A stretch of 64,000 nucleotides of DNA from Bugula neritina (taxonomy: Eukaryota > Animalia > Bryozoa), in assembly GCA_964035545.1 (NCBI GenBank), contig OZ037768.1, positions 23,965,319-24,029,318 of the forward strand. The letters are read 5' to 3'. Made by a program: the position numbers and the translations under genes. The notes under the pieces are model-generated. The model saw nothing but the letters and a program-made list of their open reading frames with translations. It was not told the origin of the DNA and did no database searches. Shown one piece after another: positions 39,731 through 62,094 of the stretch (positions are counted from its first letter, which is position 1; the number at the start of each line of letters is the position of its first letter).

Positions 39731-41342
39731 AGAGTCGTATTGTATTTTAATAACAACTAATCTATGCAACTTAAGAGATTTAGGCAAAGGTTGATTAAAC
39801 TTAGCCTAGTTGTTTTAATATTTATATTTAGATTTCAATGGGTGCTCAGGTTTAGCCTCCCAGTACGCTTGATTTTGTGGTTTTAGGTCTAAGGTATTTT
39901 ATGTAATATACCTATTACATGATTACATTGTAAATAAAGACCTAATTGTAATGACAAGGTATATAGCACACAAAATAGACCAGTAGATCAATATTATGCG
40001 ATTTAACTTACAATAGAAATACTAATAAAGAAATACAAATGCTTTACACAGACTATGAACAGTGACTCTCTTAATTCTTTTGTGTTAAATTAAAAGCTTA
40101 GGTTATCAATACCAGAATTACTGTATTAATTATTATAGAATAATGCAGTTATTCAATGTCTTACTTTCTCACTTTTTAGCAAATAAGTTCATTTAACCTT
40201 GGCTTAATTATTTCCATATTTTAGTCTAAGAAATAACCAGAGAGTTACTACCTATTAAACTCAGCCTGTGAATCTTTTATTAAGTAACAAATTTTTATAG
40301 ACTAAGATACTTTTCCTAAGGGTTACTCATAGAAAATAATTCTGCAATCGGTTATCAAATAAAAAATTGTAAACAAATGGCATTTTATTAACTTTAATTA
40401 AATAAAATAATTAAAGAACTTGGGCAATGTCTCCACTACTGCTCCTAAGTTATTTTAACATCAATTTGAATTATTATTATGGTACAACTATGATGAGTTT
40501 AAACCACTGTTTACTAGTAAAACTTTGAGCTGAACGGTTTTCCCTCTACAGTTACTAGTAGTAGTATTAGTGGTAGTAATAGTGTTGGTGGTAGTAGTAG
40601 TAGTGGTAGTGGTATTAGTAGTAGTAGTATTAGTAGTAGTGGTATTAGTAGTGCAACTGGTCAGGGTACATTTATATTCATTGGAGTCGTAATCTATATA
40701 GTTTACCTGCCAACAAAGTTCCCTATTAGTTTACATGTTTACAGAAGTTGCTGCTGTAATTTACTCAGTCAACTGTCTTATATAACCTGCTATTGTAATG
40801 CCATTGTTGAGACTGCTGCAGTGAATTGTTAACATACCAAACTGAAATAGTAGCAATGCTTATAGACATTGCTGTGTTGTATCGCAGATATACTCATTGC
40901 GGCTGTTTTAGTGAAAGTATGGGACTCAATCTCTTAGATGCTTCTAGAATCATCTTGGCAAAAGCTAGAGTCTTAAGAAAGCTGTCTTTTTATATATCAA
41001 CATGACATCTTTATGGAAAGGCTATTAATTATGCCAGAAAGCCGAAAAGGAGGTGTGCTTCATTTACTAAACAAATTGTTGATTTGCAAAGATCTCACCT
41101 CTGAAAGTCATTGTTTTACTAAAAATTGCAATGGAGTTGCACAGGGAGGACTTAAACAGAGCAGTCAGTCAGCTGTAACCGGTTATTAGGAAAATGAATA
41201 GAACTTCATTTTTTAGTAAAGACTAGCATAAAAGACTGAGAAAAATACTTCATAGTCAAAAAAGGAGAAATAACTTTAAGATTTCCCCTTCTTGCTATAC
41301 AATAGTTATATATCTGCTGATGTATGATAAAACATGTAAATG

Positions 41343-41344
<2 letters not shown>

Positions 41345-41433
<89 letters not shown>
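41345..41433. repeat. (TA)n microsatellite
   Basis: Pure AT dinucleotide run; similar runs near 7237-7280 and 32826-32860. Confidence 0.98.
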
Positions 41434-41436
<3 letters not shown>

Positions 41437-42352
41437 TGTAACTCTAAGATGGGTCATAAGCAGATAGTCAAGTTTTGAGGGAACCATGTTAATAATTGCC
41501 CATAGAGAAGATAACTAACAGTAGAGATAAAGTAACAGCTGAATATTGTACCTTAGACTTTATTTCTAATTACTTGTTCGCAAAAAGTTCCTGGAAATTC
41601 CGATTGACAAGAGTTAGATTAAAGTAGTAAATAAATAACATCATAAATACAATTGTTAGCTGGGTCAGCATACACCGTTAGTCAATAGTATAATAATATC
41701 AATGAAAATAATAACAATCAGCTATCCAAGTATATTATTATAGTATAAGTGCAAAGGGCATGCAACTCCCTGGAAATATTATTTAGTACACGTGGTTTGG
41801 CAACTACCTCGGTGCTCTCGGCTTCCAGAGGTACAGAAAGCACACTATGTCGCCATTTGTAAACATAAGAACCACAAGGTACAGAAATCAGCTGGAATGC
41901 AGCTTCAGAGAGTGCTGACGCAAAGGAGGCAGCATTAGAGAAGTTGGCAGCACGTGTGAAGGAAAACACACAAACAGTGAGAAATACAACAGGGATGAGT
42001 ACTAGCTAGTGAGCTAACAGGCTGCATCTATATAATATATATATCAGTATAATAAAATATATAACTATTGATCCTGGTGATTGGGTGATGGCATAAGTTT
42101 TATGATTTTAGTGATTATAGTCCGCAGTGACGGATTATATGGGGGAGGGGGTGAGCCTCTATTAGTGAATAACTGTCAGTATTAGATGAGTCACCATGTT
42201 GCCATGACAACAAATGTCGTCTGCTGAGTCATTTGGCATAAGTGACTGGAGTCCAGTTATGGTGAGTCACTGTGAGAGACTGTCACTGCGAGTCACTGCA
42301 AGTCACTGTTACAGAGTCACTGCGAGTGGCTGTAAATCACTGTGAGTGTTAG

Positions 42353-50853
<8,501 letters not shown>

Positions 50854-52384
50854 CCTGTAGTCTGTCTGTCCGTCTGTCTGTTGCTAATTAGAGATCAAGT
50901 TGTTTCCTGATTACTCCAAAGTCATACGAGAGAGGATACACTACTTAGAGCCACTTCTCAATACAGTCAAGTACTGTTAGGGACTCCTTATATCTTCTAC
51001 AAGGCATGAAAGGAATAACTATAATCACTAATCAATAGCTGCATACATGAGAGGGCATACAAGGGGTTGTCCCCCCCCCCAGAGGGCAGCCACCCCAGAG
51101 GGACACGCAAGAGTGTAAATAATATAATATAGTATATAATATGCAGGCATAATACCATGTAAAATATGATGAAAATATCTTTTTGCCTCATGGGGTGTAT
51201 TGAGCCTCACAACACATAAATATGTATCTTTATAGCAATTTTGTTACTATGGTCAAAGATTGTGACCTGCTAAGAGGTGATTTTATATAAAATCATGAAA
51301 CCGGTCCTTATTGCGGAGGGAGAGGTCCTTCACCTTTGGGAGCTGGTGGCAGAGGAAGGGGCCAGATATTATCCAATAAGAAAGCTCTATCTCATTTACT
51401 GCATGAACTATGTCAGTCCCTACCTTTTAGGCTTACAACATGTGAAATATTTCTACCATGTTTCAGTTGAAAGTTGATATGAAACACACCTGAATATAGA
51501 GTTGTTGTGACAGCAAGACTAATATTTAGTATACAACTTCATTACTTGTAACTTATTCACCCAGAGGGTGAGTTTAGCATATATTCTTTGCAGAAAGAAT
51601 TTTTTTATAGTTCTGGTAATAGAATAAAATACCAAATGAGATTGAAAGGCTGCTGTCTGATCAAATGTTATTGTACAGATGTGAAATAAATTAAGAGTAA
51701 TTATTTCTAATATTAGTAGTAGAGTAGCCAATAGTGCAGTGTGACCACAACTATTAACAGATAGAGGAAGGGGAGTTAGACATTAGCACACCCCCCCCTC
51801 TCAAAGTGGGCTTCTAGTCACTGGTAATTGTGTTCCCACGGCACAGTGATAGTGAAGTACCCATTTATTGCCATAATTACATAGACACAGAGTAAAGTAG
51901 CCAGTAACTGCAGGGCCTCAGGCTACCAACGCAAACATGTTTTCTAACAAGTTGTAACTTCGAGAGTTGAATAACTTTCCCATGAATCATTGGCAGCGTT
52001 GAAACTGACTTATTGCATATTTATGTGGCACTTAGGTGCAAAGAGTAACATTCAAACCTGCAGTTTTAGCTTTGACAACTTTGTGAAGTATTATATACCC
52101 CTCCCATCTTGAGAGAAGTTAGCGGTGAAGAGCACAGTCTACCTAGTTGTGTACAGTGTACAGGTATACAGTGTACAGGTATACAGTATAGAGGTACACA
52201 CCATACACAGGTATATTATTACGCAACACACAGCAGGACTGCAGTATATAATTATACACTCATCACAGTTACTAAGTCCCTCATGATAATATCTTAGAGA
52301 ATATCTCCTTCTACCATCAGCTGGTCCAAAAGTGTTTTTTATACAACATGATGATACAGGCAGCGATGACTTATGCCAACTTTC

Positions 52385-52545
52385 ACTACTACTACTAGTA
52401 CTAGTAGTAGTATTAGTATTAGTAGTAGTAGTAGTAGTAGTAGTGAAAGTACTACTACTACTACTACTACTGCTACTACTACTAGTACTGCTACTATTAC
52501 TACTACTATTACTACTGCTACTATTACTACTATTACTAATACTAT

Positions 52546-52576
<31 letters not shown>

Positions 52577-52705
52577 GCTACTATTACTAATACTACTACT
52601 ACTAGTACTACTACTATTACTACTACTACTATTACTACTGCTACTAATACTACTACTATTACTACTACTACTAGTACTAACACTAATACTACTATTAGTA
52701 CTATC
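52385..52705. repeat. (TAG)n/(TAC)n compound microsatellite
   Basis: Direct inspection; similar tracts at 26666-26820 and 40552-40652. Confidence 0.95.
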
Positions 52706-53099
52706 TCTAGAAAAGCCACACCCACTGTCATGGAAGATGTCATCTAGGTCAGGGAAGGTAGTAAATTAATACCTGAGATAATGTGACTGTAACAAAGGAC
52801 TTATTGTTGGGGCATTCCTTCACTTAGAAGTTACAATAGTTTTGTTCTATTCATAAACACAGGAGCTGAGAGTGGTAGCTGTATAATCATTATAGTGTAT
52901 AATGAGGTAGGCGTTTATATTACAGGTATAAGATGGGGGTACCCAGGAAATCAGCCACACATAACAGCATACTAACTAATTTAGTCACCACCTCACCATC
53001 TCATCATTATGTCCTCTCTCTCTCTCTCTCTATATCTAGTGATGCCATTTACCTATTAGGTCAGCTAAAACTCATGCTAAAAGCATGGTACAGGCCAGA

Positions 53100-53234
53100 A
53101 GCCAACAATATGGTACCGGACCAGAGGGCCAACAATGTATGTAGCTATAGTACCGGACCAGAGGGCCAACAATATATGTAGCTATAGTACCGGACCAGAG
53201 GGCCAACAATATATGTAGCTATAGTACCGGACCA
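53100..53234. repeat. 37-bp tandem repeat, about 3.5 copies
   Basis: GTACCGGACCAGAGGGCCAACAATATATGTAGCTATA. Confidence 0.92.
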
Positions 53235-53850
53235 AAAGACGAATGACATAGTGCAAGACTAAAGCCTAGCTCAGTAATTCCCACAATTTCATCTCCTCTT
53301 TCAGATTTTGTTTGCATTAGATTCGTATTTTAAGAGATTTACAAACTCAGCTGATTTTCTAAGTGTCATTTCTACAGACTTATAAAATATTCATTAACTC
53401 ATTTAAATTAGTAGCTCTTAATTATTTATGGAAATTAAATTGATGAGGGTTTCGAATCACGATATTGATGGTCAGTTATCTGATCCAATGACAAATTAGA
53501 TAAACTGAAAAGAGAAACTGATGGAGAAGTGACTATCACTGTACAGATGTGAAGACAGAGTATTGTCATGTAACAACTGTTTGAAGCTGAATTACCAAAT
53601 TCTATTCATCAGAGTAACAATTTAGTGAGGGAAGAAGTTGAATTTCTAAAAAAATCAGAACCCAAGTAGAGAGAAATGATCAGCGGTTTCAGACTGATGA
53701 TCACCTGAGTTTCAGGTAAAGTGCTGCCAGATATTACATAATGTTGTCACTACAAACAGCATGAGAGGAACCTAGTCTGCTGCAACCAGCTACTGGGTTA
53801 TTTCAAAATACATTTCTTGTCCAAAATCAGCAACACTTTTAGACGGAATC

Positions 53851-53971
53851 CAGAATACACCTTCACACTATAGAAGACACCTTCACACTACAGAATACAC
53901 CTGCAGACTACAGAATACACCTTCAGGCTACAGAATACACCTTCAGACTACAGAATACACCTGCAGACTAC
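53851..53971. repeat. 20-bp tandem repeat, 6 copies
   Basis: CAGAATACACCTTCAGACTA variants. Confidence 0.92.
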
Positions 53972-56729
53972 ATCTGCAGAAGACAGGGATGTGCAGAAAA
54001 CAGAAAATGTGGAAAAGACTAGATAGTAATAAATCAGATTGATTTAGAATGTCAGTTCAAATAAATCACAAGGAATACTTGTGTGTGGATGATATATTTA
54101 TCAACAGAAAGCCCATCCTTCATATTGACTAGCGAATCGTTTTACTTTCCCATTTCCTGACAAGAGTAATTTATGAACCAGTGAACTGCAAATGCAAATA
54201 TATGCATCTAATCAAATAAAGACACAAACAGCTACTATACGTGTCCAGTAATGTTACTCTATATTGATTATACGTTGGTAACTATAATTAAGTTGTATTT
54301 ATTATTGACTATTCTTTCATATAACTTCATTGAATAGACACTTGACTGGAATAGTATTATATAAGCACGTTTACAGACTATAAGGTGCACAACCTTTACA
54401 ATAAAATTCCAAATAAAGAGCTTTCTAAACTATGAATGAAACTGGAAAGAAATAGGTGCTTCTCGTAGGTCATTCAACTCTGTTAAAATCTACAGTTGAA
54501 CTTTTACAAATATTCTACAAAACTGTAAACTTACTATTAATAAAAACTTAGCTTACTACGAAACTGACATTTAAAACTAAATGGAAATTCTACTAAATCC
54601 ATGAACAGGCTAAGCAGTGGAATGAGAATTTGTTTATACTAGTAACTCTGTAGTATAAACTGTATGTTACAGACCTGTGATTACAAGCAGGGCAACTATT
54701 GCACAACTATCTAGAATGAACTATCAAAACGAACACCACTTATCAGGATCTGTGAAATAGATAAAATACCAGGCAATGGTTATTTACTTATCAGTTTGAG
54801 CCTGTTCTGTTACAAATGCCACTGAGGAAGGTTACACCAGCACCTCGCAGAAAGCAAACAGCTATCAATCAACTTTGTCATCCATGTAATTACATTTCAC
54901 AGGTAATATTCATAATGATTCATAACTTAACTGACAACATTGAAGCACCCTGGATACAAAAAGTCAGCAAACTCACAACATCTGATTCCCAAATAAGCAT
55001 GAAAACCATTAACTCTACCCAACATAGCACAGTATAAGTCAATTTTATATATGTTGACAGATCTATACACTAAACAGACTTAGTAAGTTTCAAACTTTCT
55101 AACAAACAGCGCTGGCTGGCAAAAGATCTAGAAGGTTCTAACAGAATAAAGAGGCATACCAACTACTGTAAACTTGCTGTTCAGGCATTATGAAAATTAC
55201 CACCTGCCATTATTGTCAGCTGAAGTTATGCACAGCTCCTAGGCATGTTAGAGGTTTGAAAGTATTACTTGAAATACAGGCAAATAGATGTGTAAATTAT
55301 GTAAATGATATAATGCAGTGCCTGTGCGTAGCTGGCTGGAGTTAAATTAGCCAAAACCAAGGATTGAAATTTCCTGAGTGTTGAGTCATTTTTATTTTAA
55401 ATATAGCCTAGTGATTGGAAAGCTAACTGGCAAACTTTCAAAGAATAGCACTGGATTAAATCTCATAGGAAGACAGTATTAATGTGGAAAAGGTAAATAA
55501 AACTATAAAACTAATTATGCAAGTATAACAAATGCTATGCTTATAGTCAAAGTTAGCTTTGATTATCACTTAGAATTTTCAGGAAAGATTTAACTATTAG
55601 ACTATTATATGACAGTTGTCATAAAGATAATGGAAATTAGGAGTGTGATATTCTATAAGTGAAGATATATTGCGTTAGCAGTGACTGGTATGACTATCAT
55701 ATTTATAATAGCTTTACTCTCTTTAATGACAATTAAAAGCTATTCATACCAAGTATTAATCTTCCTTGATATCAATATGAATAGTTAGGTGCATATATTC
55801 AACATTGGGAATGAAAATGAATGTGGAAATGATTGCAGTGTGACAAACTTAAAAATCCAACTTCAAGTTTAAAATCCCCCCACTAACTCCAAGAATATCA
55901 ACTAGCTTCCATTACTTATTGCTGCTACAGTTTTCTAATTCTTGTCTTCACATTTTGTTCAAGGCATGACATTGTGATTGAGATTTTCCAGCACTTGACT
56001 AACAATAAAAATTTTCTGCATTCAAGTGGCATTTACATTTAAAAAAATAATTGATGATTATAATATGTGCATCACTATGATTATGGCTATGACTATAGTA
56101 CAAACTACTCAGTCTCATATTCACTGCGACTACTACCAGTTATACTTATACTTATAGTAATACTAATAGCAGTGAACCTAGCACTAATACTAATAGTAAT
56201 ACAGTATTAGTAATACACGTACAGTATGAGTATAACTTATAGTAATGGTAGCAGCTATCATTAACTTTAAATGCTATTATTAATTATTCATTAATTATTG
56301 TCTGAATCATAAATAATAATTATCGTTGTGATTCACTTCCAGCTCTGATACTCGTACAATAACAATTACAAAAGTATCATACTAATATATCTAATTTTAT
56401 AATGCAAATACGTAGATTAATAGTAATATACACTTAAAACTGTAAATAGCAATACCAAATTGTACGCGTCTTTCACTAAGACTAAGTATGAGTACCACTG
56501 CTAGCCATTAGATTAAGGGCTTAGCCTTCAGCTTTTAGGAGTGGGTGTGGCGCAACGGCAATATCAATATGACTATCTGCTAATACTTGTTCATGGCGAT
56601 AAAACTATTGCAGGAATACTAGAACTAGGCAAGGATTGTTATCTTTAAAACAAATTTATGCTCCGATAGATAAATATCAATATACATAAAAGCCATAAAT
56701 ATTACATAAGTCTATTTCAAATTAAACTC

Positions 56730-56900
56730 TTACCCATGCAAAAACTCCGCTCATCTACTACTTGTGGAAACGATTTGATACAAATCGTACTAACCGGATG
56801 CTCGCAATTCCTGCTTCGCAAAAAACACAATAGATGATTGGTCGAATTCTCTAAAAGAGCCTTTGTTCTATAACACGGAATACAGCGAGGGACGCTACTG
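56730..56900 (-). promoter_or_regulatory. Candidate PACSIN first exon and promoter
   Basis: Locally CpG-richer patch with a minus-strand GG|GTAAGA donor near 56733 and GATTGG near 56836. An acceptor lies immediately before the PACSIN ATG (50855), so an upstream exon is expected. Confidence 0.35.
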
Positions 56901-58699
56901 ATTAATCTGGGTTTATTTACATTTATAAACTTGCGCTAGCTGTTAAAATACAGAGAACACAACTTCAACTTACACATTAAAGTCATCAGCATTATGTTTA
57001 AATGTAGGTTACAATTATGTTTATATAAAAATTAAAATGCCTGCATTCAGCTTTCATGAGATTATGTTTTACTATTTGCAAGTGTTATTTATTATCACAT
57101 TTGCAATCTTTGAATGAAAAGAAAACGAATTTTATAGAAATTAATAGATAAGATATTATGTAATTGATGCCATTGATGCATGCAGCAAGGAGATATATTT
57201 AATCAACACTATATGAATGAAGCTTGAAATCTGAGTTTATAATACTCTGTCTTTGGCTCTTGTTGTCTTCAAAGGAAAGTTCTACTCAAACTGTGCAAAT
57301 AAAATGGAACCTGGGAAATAGCAATCTCTATAAGGAAATAAGTTTCTACTTTGAGACAAGCTTAACCCAGGTTCTAATAACATATGACCTTTCACTAATT
57401 AGCTATAACTTAGAAACTTATAAGTCTTTAAATTGTAGCATGTGTACCTTAAACTTTGAGCCAGAAAACCAAAATATAAACAATTTCACAATTTGGAGTT
57501 GCCTCTTCATGAGATAGGCTATTACAGACCTGATAAGAAGATACCATCTGCTATTTATAACTTGCTGGTACAGATAACTTGCAAGTCTGCTTAGGCACAC
57601 GGTGAGAATTGTTTTATCCAGAAGCGCATTTAATGGCTGCAGCAGCAATAATATAAACCAGTGCAGTGCATATTCTGCTACACTGGAATAATAAGTTGCA
57701 GGGCAGTGTAATAGGCAGCAGGTTTGCTTAACTGGTATGCTGCCTCACTGGAGACTTGTTTGAATGCTGACTCTACACATTTTAGTCACCAACTTCTCTT
57801 TGCCTGAAAAGCTAGCATAGACTGAGCTCTCAAAAGATCAGGTGGAGGTGTGTAGTAGATGTGTTGTAAAAGTGGAATTGATACAGTATAGATTTTAGGT
57901 TATACTAGCCAGCTGTTACTTCCCTGTAGGTCTAAACAGGAACACTTCATACAGAGCTATAGCCCAATTTTCTTGCTGCTAGAGGTGATATTATCTGCGG
58001 GCACTTTGCCCCTCCCCCATCAGTGAGTTTGAACAGTGTTGGTACGTGATTTAAATGGTAAGTCATGTTGTAATACAATGCACATGCATAACTCTTCAAC
58101 TGTAAGGATACAATGCAAGTATTTCTTGTTGAGTTGGAAAGTATTGGGTGATATTTTGTATCATAGACCAGTTGGTAAGTTTTCATTTGTTCTAGAAGTT
58201 CAACTAACATATTACTGGGTTTAATTGGACTGAAATTTAGACTAAATTAGGCGCAGAAAATTGCATTCCTTCGAAAAAAAAAATATGAAAACACATACCT
58301 AAATGTATCAGTAAAGCATAGAGCTTGTCTAGGTTTAAATCTATGCAAGCATGTTAAATATAAATGTTGGCGCCGCCATTGACATATTTTAGAGCTAGTT
58401 CAATCTACATCTATATTTAGAAATCATATTACTGTAGCTGCATGGTTATATAGAAGGTATTATTATTGTTATATTCAACTCTTCAGCTTGTAACTAGGAA
58501 AGGTCTGGAAAAAGGTGAGTTGCATCACCCGGTATTTTACAAAAGCTTTTTTAACCCAACTCTACGCAAGGGGAGAGCAGGCAGGGAGATTTTTACTACA
58601 CAAAGCAATTTCCTGAAGTATTAGTTTAAATTCTATAGCAAAATTGGCTTCGTAGCAACTTTTTGAGCTGGCGGATTGCAATTCTGTCCATTTGGCAGG

Positions 58700-58810
58700 C
58701 TGTAAAATTTTTGCCCTCACTGGGATTCCAACCTAAGGCCTCAGGCTTGCAAGCAGGCATGCTAACTACCACACCACAAAGACCACTGGGCAAATATAAC
58801 ACTACACAGA
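58700..58810 (-). mobile_element. tRNA(Ala)-like SINE-family copy 3 (more diverged)
   Basis: Reverse complement TTTGTGGTGTGGTAGTTAGCATGCCTGCTTGCAAGCCTGAGGCCTTAGGTTGGAATCCCAGTGAGGGCAAAAA. Confidence 0.7.
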
Positions 58811-59810
58811 GAAGGGTGTCACACCTTCAGCGTGCCTTGTGATATTTGATGTGTGCTTTTTATTGCATTCAGCACCAGCTTGATATTAGAGGGTGAAAAG
58901 CTAAAGCAAGCTAGCGGAATGAATCAATAGTGATAACCTTAAATAATTAAATATTTAATAACTAATCTTAAAATAAATAGCAGCATTAGTATTTATTTAC
59001 ATTTTATCTTAGATAATACAGCCAATATATACTCTAAGTCAAATGTCATTGTGTAATACATTATATATAAATGTCACCTAACTTGGTTACATCAGAACAA
59101 GTGGTTTTTGCACCTGAACTAAGTGGACTTTGCATGGATTACATCCTTCATTTATGGTTAGTAGAATATGATCCGTTTAATAAGTCTATAACTATGATTT
59201 ATTTGCTATGGTTTTTCTAATTTCTGCGATAGTTTGCGAATCAACGTACATGTGTGGGGTTTAAATTAATTAGTTTATAATGAAACATAAAAAACATTAT
59301 AAGATATTAAGTAGATGGAAATTGCTTAGTATCAACTTAAGCTGCTGTACTGTATCCACGTTATCAATGACTATATAGTATAAAAACTAAAGTGAACTTC
59401 TACGCACATATGTCGTTATTGTTGTTATGGTGATTGCTTCACCAGTGACCATGTGAGTCAAGGAGAAAAACAAGAGTTCATCCATATTTATTTGCCCTGT
59501 ACCTGGTGCTTCGTGGTGAGGTAATCCCAGACCTGCCAACTGATTTTTCTCCCTGAAACACACAATATGCGTGACGATGCTGTGTGTATAGGAAAGCTAT
59601 CTGTTTGTTTGTTCACCATTGAAAAACTTTACAAGTTATCAAATCTCAAAGCTGTTGAACAAAATATGTATTAGTTACTTGAAACCCATACCTGGAATCT
59701 TTTCCTTGTTTCTACACAAAATATTTTGGCAGATTTGAGTGAGACTTTAAAGATATAAGCTGTGTTTCCATCACACAGTCATAATGTCTGGAGATTTCTT
59801 GTAGGGAAAC

Positions 59811-62094
59811 ATGTTGGTAACGGGAATTATCTTCTTATTGTTGTCTGGAGTAGCAGCAAGCAGTCGGGTTGATGAGGCACTGTTTGACTTGGAGAGCAGG
59901 TTGAAGGTGAGTGACTATTATGTGTTATACTACGCTGTACTATATGCTACTATATACTATATAATACCACTATATACTATATACTACTACTATATACTAT
60001 ATAGTACTACTCTATACTATATACTATATACTATATACTATATACTATATACTATATACTATATACTATATACTATATACTATATACTATATACTATATA
60101 CTACATACTATATACTACATACTATATACTACTATATGCTACTATATGCTACATACTATATACTACTATATGCTACATACTATATACTAAACTACTATAT
60201 GCTACACTACTATATACTACATACTATATACTACTATATGCTACACTACTACATACTACACTACTATATACTACTATATGCTACATACTATATACTACTA
60301 TATGCTACATACTATATACTACATACTACATACTACTATATGCTACATACTATATACTACTATATGCTACATACTATATACTACACTACTCTATACTACA
60401 TACTACATACTACTATATGCTATATACTACTATATGCTACATACTATATACTACTATATGCTACATACTATATGCTACATAATATATATTATGCTACATA
60501 CCATATTATACTAGAAATTAGAGCTGGAGCACAAAGCCTACCAGAATGTCATCTCAACGTTGGCCAGACAGATCACCATGCAACAGTTCTACGTGGAGGA
60601 AGTGTCAAGGTCGTCTGGTGACTCCGGGTTGAAGCAGTCTAGACTCACACACTCCGGCACAAGATCCTACCACACTACGTCCTTCTCAGGTAACATTACA
60701 CTATACTTAGGTAATACTATACTCGGGTAACATGCATTACCTCATGTCAGGTGAAATTAACACAATATCTCTAAGAGAGTTAAGTACTCGTAGCTCCAGT
60801 AATTCTAACAGAGCTAAAACAGCCTGTATATAGCTAGTAAACTACTTTAATCTTCAAAGACCTCATTAGGGCTTTTGGTTAAATTAAGAAACTCCATTTA
60901 TATTTTATCCCCATGCATATGCAGATATTTGTAGATTTATCTACATATAAAGCATTGTCACTTCTATTCTATAAGTAATTATAAAAAGTCTCAACAAAAA
61001 CATTAGTTATATAATTTTGACTTTAGACTTGAAGGTGGCTGCTATACACGACCACTCGAACTACAAGACTACGATAGGCATGGGGGAGGTAATTGCTGTT
61101 TTAAACGGAGTAGAGTTCAGGACTCGCCACAATGACTATAAGTTGGTAATGCCTAGCACTAAATCCATCAATTACGGAGCTACGGAACCTGTGCCATTCC
61201 CACCCGTACCACCAGAGGTAAGACCTAAAGCTAGATTACATCAGCACTCCAGGCTATACCTAAAATTAGTTCATATGAAGTTACATGACACTAGATGACC
61301 ACAGGTGACCCCAGGCGACCTCAGGTTAGAAGGTTACACATATCTGATCTTTCATTCATCAGCTACAACACAGCTAGAATTAGATAAAAGTGCAGGACTC
61401 ACTAAACGACTATTTTATGTCTCAATGCATCTATAGCTGCTCATAGGTTAAAGCTTAAGCTGTGTCAACTTTTTATGAACTGTCTACCACTTCAATAATC
61501 TTTTTAAACTAATAATTTTATTGATCTAAAAATAATATTGTTTGTGGCAGGTGCTTGCCCAGCCTTCTGTTGAATTACAAGAAGAAGAAATGAGGCAATG
61601 GTTCAAGGCTTTTCAAGACCAAGACCCTAGTGTTCGGGATTACAGAAAGTATTTTAAGGTTGGTTTATGCTTCTTCGAAAATTTCTCATTAGATGCTTTA
61701 AAAAGCAGTGTTAAGGCTAAAACCCACTTTAGATTTTACCAAAAATATTTGATAAAAAAACATCAAGTGTCAAAAAGTTACTAAATATTATTCACACTTT
61801 AGGGTATATCTTTTAGTCAACTGAAGCTGTAAAAATTATCACTTGACATGGGCAATATATAAATTTTTGAGCTCTAAAAATATAACTTAATTATCTTCTA
61901 TTACTATAATATAAAAGTAGTTAATGTAGCATTAAGAACATAGAAATTGTATTTCAAGAGAAAATGTACTTCTGTTTCAGCCGGTGCTGTGTTACATGGA
62001 AGGAATGTGGACGGAAGCTAAAAACAACAAACTAGATGAGCCCTTCTCTAGCGATAGACATAAACTGGATGCGGAGAATTTCTTCGATCTTCAA
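59811..62094 (+). CDS. Uncharacterised secreted protein (signal peptide, short coiled coil, His/aromatic-rich domain); 3' part presumably outside window
   Basis: Exons 59811-59906 (MLVTGIIFLLLSGVAASS..), 60515-60689, 61027-61217 (AIHDHSNY..GMGEVIAVLNGVEFRTRHNDY), 61551-61658 (MRQWFKAF..DYRKYFK), 61981-62094 (PVLCYMEGMW..EPFSSDRH) join in phase. The last exon ends on a GTAAGA donor with no stop. Confidence 0.85.
59935..60510. repeat. Low-complexity TATAC/TACTATATGC repeat filling an intron
   Basis: Fills the intron between exons 59811-59906 and 60515-60689. Confidence 0.95.

Noticed and set aside
41206-41487. ORF with a YIYIYI run
   Set aside because: Translation of a (TA)n microsatellite.
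52332-52769. Poly-Leu, poly-Thr (mucin-like) and poly-Val ORFs
   Set aside because: A trinucleotide microsatellite open in several frames; no gene context.
59907-60514. Tyr/Ile-rich extension of the 59811 ORF
   Set aside because: A canonical AG|GTGAGT donor at 59906 and an acceptor at 60514 make this a repeat-filled intron.
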